The translations under genes were made by a program, and so were the position numbers. This document shows, piece after piece, positions 15,392 through 16,355 of a stretch of DNA of 16,355 nt; the first letter of the stretch is position 1, and every line of letters starts with the position of its first letter. Source of the DNA: a virus; the UHGV virus genome UHGV-1564085. One strand, given 5' to 3'. The notes under the pieces are model-generated. The model was not told the origin of the DNA. It ran no database searches and saw nothing but the letters and a program-made list of their open reading frames with translations.

Positions 15392-15733
15392 ATGAAAATG
15401 CATAACGATCCTCATTCCTGGTCTGACTTACTTGAATTGTTACAGAGCTGGTGGCGTGGAGACACACCGCTGGGCGCAGTAATTATGTCGATCGTTATGG
15501 CTGGCTTGCGCATTGCCTATTTTGGCGGTGGTGGTGGCTGGAAGCGAAAAACGCTCGAGATTTTGCTCTGCGGCGCTCTGACGCTGACTTTTGCATCCGC
15601 TCTTGAGTATGTCGGATGGCCTAAATCGCTTTCTGTTGCCATTGGTGGTGGTGTTGGGTTGATCGGTGTCGATGCTATTCGTGGGGCTGCAATGAGAGTA
15701 ATCGGTAACAAGTTCGGTGGCTCTAAGGAGTAA
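15392..15733 (+). CDS. Holin, lambda S-like class I with a Met-Lys-Met dual-start motif
   Basis: GGAGGT 9 nt upstream of the ATG at 15392 (track ORF starts at GTG 15383); three predicted hydrophobic segments; MKM start as in lambda S107/S105. Confidence 0.65.
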   Translation: MKMHNDPHSWSDLLELLQSWWRGDTPLGAVIMSIVMAGLRIAYFGGGGGWKRKTLEILLCGALTLTFASALEYVGWPKSLSVAIGGGVGLIGVDAIRGAAMRVIGNKFGGSKE

Positions 15734-15736
15734 TTT

Positions 15737-16213
15737 ATGCAGGTACTAAATTCCCAGCGTAAAGCTTTCCTCGATATGTTGGCGTGGTCAGAAGGAACGG
15801 ATAACGGGCGACAGCCAACCCGCAATCACGGCTACGACGTTATTGTAGGTGGTGAGTTATTCACGGATTACTCCGATCACCCTCGCAAACTTGTCACGCT
15901 AAACCCCAAACTCAAATCAACAGCAGCCGGACGTTACCAGCTTCTTTCCCGTTGGTGGGATGCCTATCGTAAGCAGCTTGGCCTGAAAGACTTCTCTCCA
16001 AAAAGCCAGGACGCTGTTGCACTGCAGCAGATTAAGGAGCGTGGCGCTTTACCGATGATTGATCGCGGTGACATCCGTCAGGCAATCGACCGTTGCAGCA
16101 ATATCTGGGCTTCACTGCCGGGCGCTGGTTATGGCCAGTTCGAGCATAAGGCTGACAGCCTGATTGCAAAATTCAAAGAGGCTGGCGGAACGGTCAGAGA
16201 GATTGAGGTATGA
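15737..16213 (+). CDS. R: Endolysin, lambda R lytic transglycosylase
   Basis: 158 aa, near-identical over its length to lambda R as I recall it ([18 protein letters not shown]... catalytic Glu in WSEGTD). Confidence 0.9.
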   Translation: MQVLNSQRKAFLDMLAWSEGTDNGRQPTRNHGYDVIVGGELFTDYSDHPRKLVTLNPKLKSTAAGRYQLLSRWWDAYRKQLGLKDFSPKSQDAVALQQIKERGALPMIDRGDIRQAIDRCSNIWASLPGAGYGQFEHKADSLIAKFKEAGGTVREIEV

Positions 16214-16355
16214 GCAGAGTCACCGCGATTATTTATGCTCTGGTTATCTGCATCATCGTCTGCCTGTCGTGGGCGGTCAATCATTACCGTGATAACGCCA
16301 TCGCCTACAAAGAACAGCGTGATAAAAAAGTCAGTGAGCTGAAGCAGGCGACCGC
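16210..16355 (+). CDS. Rz: i-spanin Rz, 5' portion (runs off the window end)
   Basis: ATG at 16210 overlaps the R stop (ATGA); translation [39 protein letters not shown]... matches the lambda Rz N-terminus. Confidence 0.85.
   Translation, partial: MSRVTAIIYALVICIIVCLSWAVNHYRDNAIAYKEQRDKKVSELKQAT

Noticed and set aside
15517-15825. 102-aa minus-strand ORF antisense to the holin/endolysin junction
   Set aside because: Pro-rich antisense frame of well-supported lysis genes.
1-16355. tRNA genes, CRISPR repeats or IS-element terminal inverted repeats
   Set aside because: No cloverleaf-compatible tRNA signature (GTTCRANYC T-loop with CCA-proximal acceptor stem), no regularly spaced short repeats with unique spacers, and no transposase-like ORF were seen on manual reading. 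The iterons at 9616..9745 are explained as an origin, not CRISPR.

Overview
This window appears to be the left (integrase-distal) end of a lambdoid prophage inserted into the 5' end of the host dusA gene, running through to its lysis cassette. All calls rest on reading the sequence and on remembered protein-family motifs; no database search was run. Layout: (1) 1..~808 looks like host chromosome, with an AT-rich ORF, a terminator and a truncated dusA 5' fragment (704..826) that marks the junction. (2) ~826..2310 is att-proximal cargo: a Panacea/DUF4065-like gene translationally coupled to an unrecognised 139-aa partner, then a strongly signalled 57-aa ORF and a terminator. This is the best candidate for an undescribed toxin-antitoxin or defence module. 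(3) 2311..6279 is a minus-strand early-left operon: excisionase-like, DEDDh exonuclease, and a block resembling E. coli CPS-53 yfdPQRS in size and order. (4) 6280..8110 is the immunity region: cI-like repressor, lambda-like pL and pR with 18-bp palindromic operators, and an unusual 436-bp non-coding stretch with a long inverted repeat. (5) 8138..14729 on the plus strand carries Cro-like and CII-like genes, an O-like replication gene with internal iterons, a PerC-like protein, a Dam-family methyltransferase, a LexA DNA-binding-domain-only protein, RusA, a KilA-N protein, a DUF968 protein and a lambda Q homologue. (6) 14730..16355 holds a pR'-like promoter and short terminated RNA, a Cys-rich small-protein moron at the stx-equivalent position, an S-like holin, lambda R endolysin and the start of Rz. 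No tRNA, rRNA, CRISPR array, IS element or integrase gene was found.
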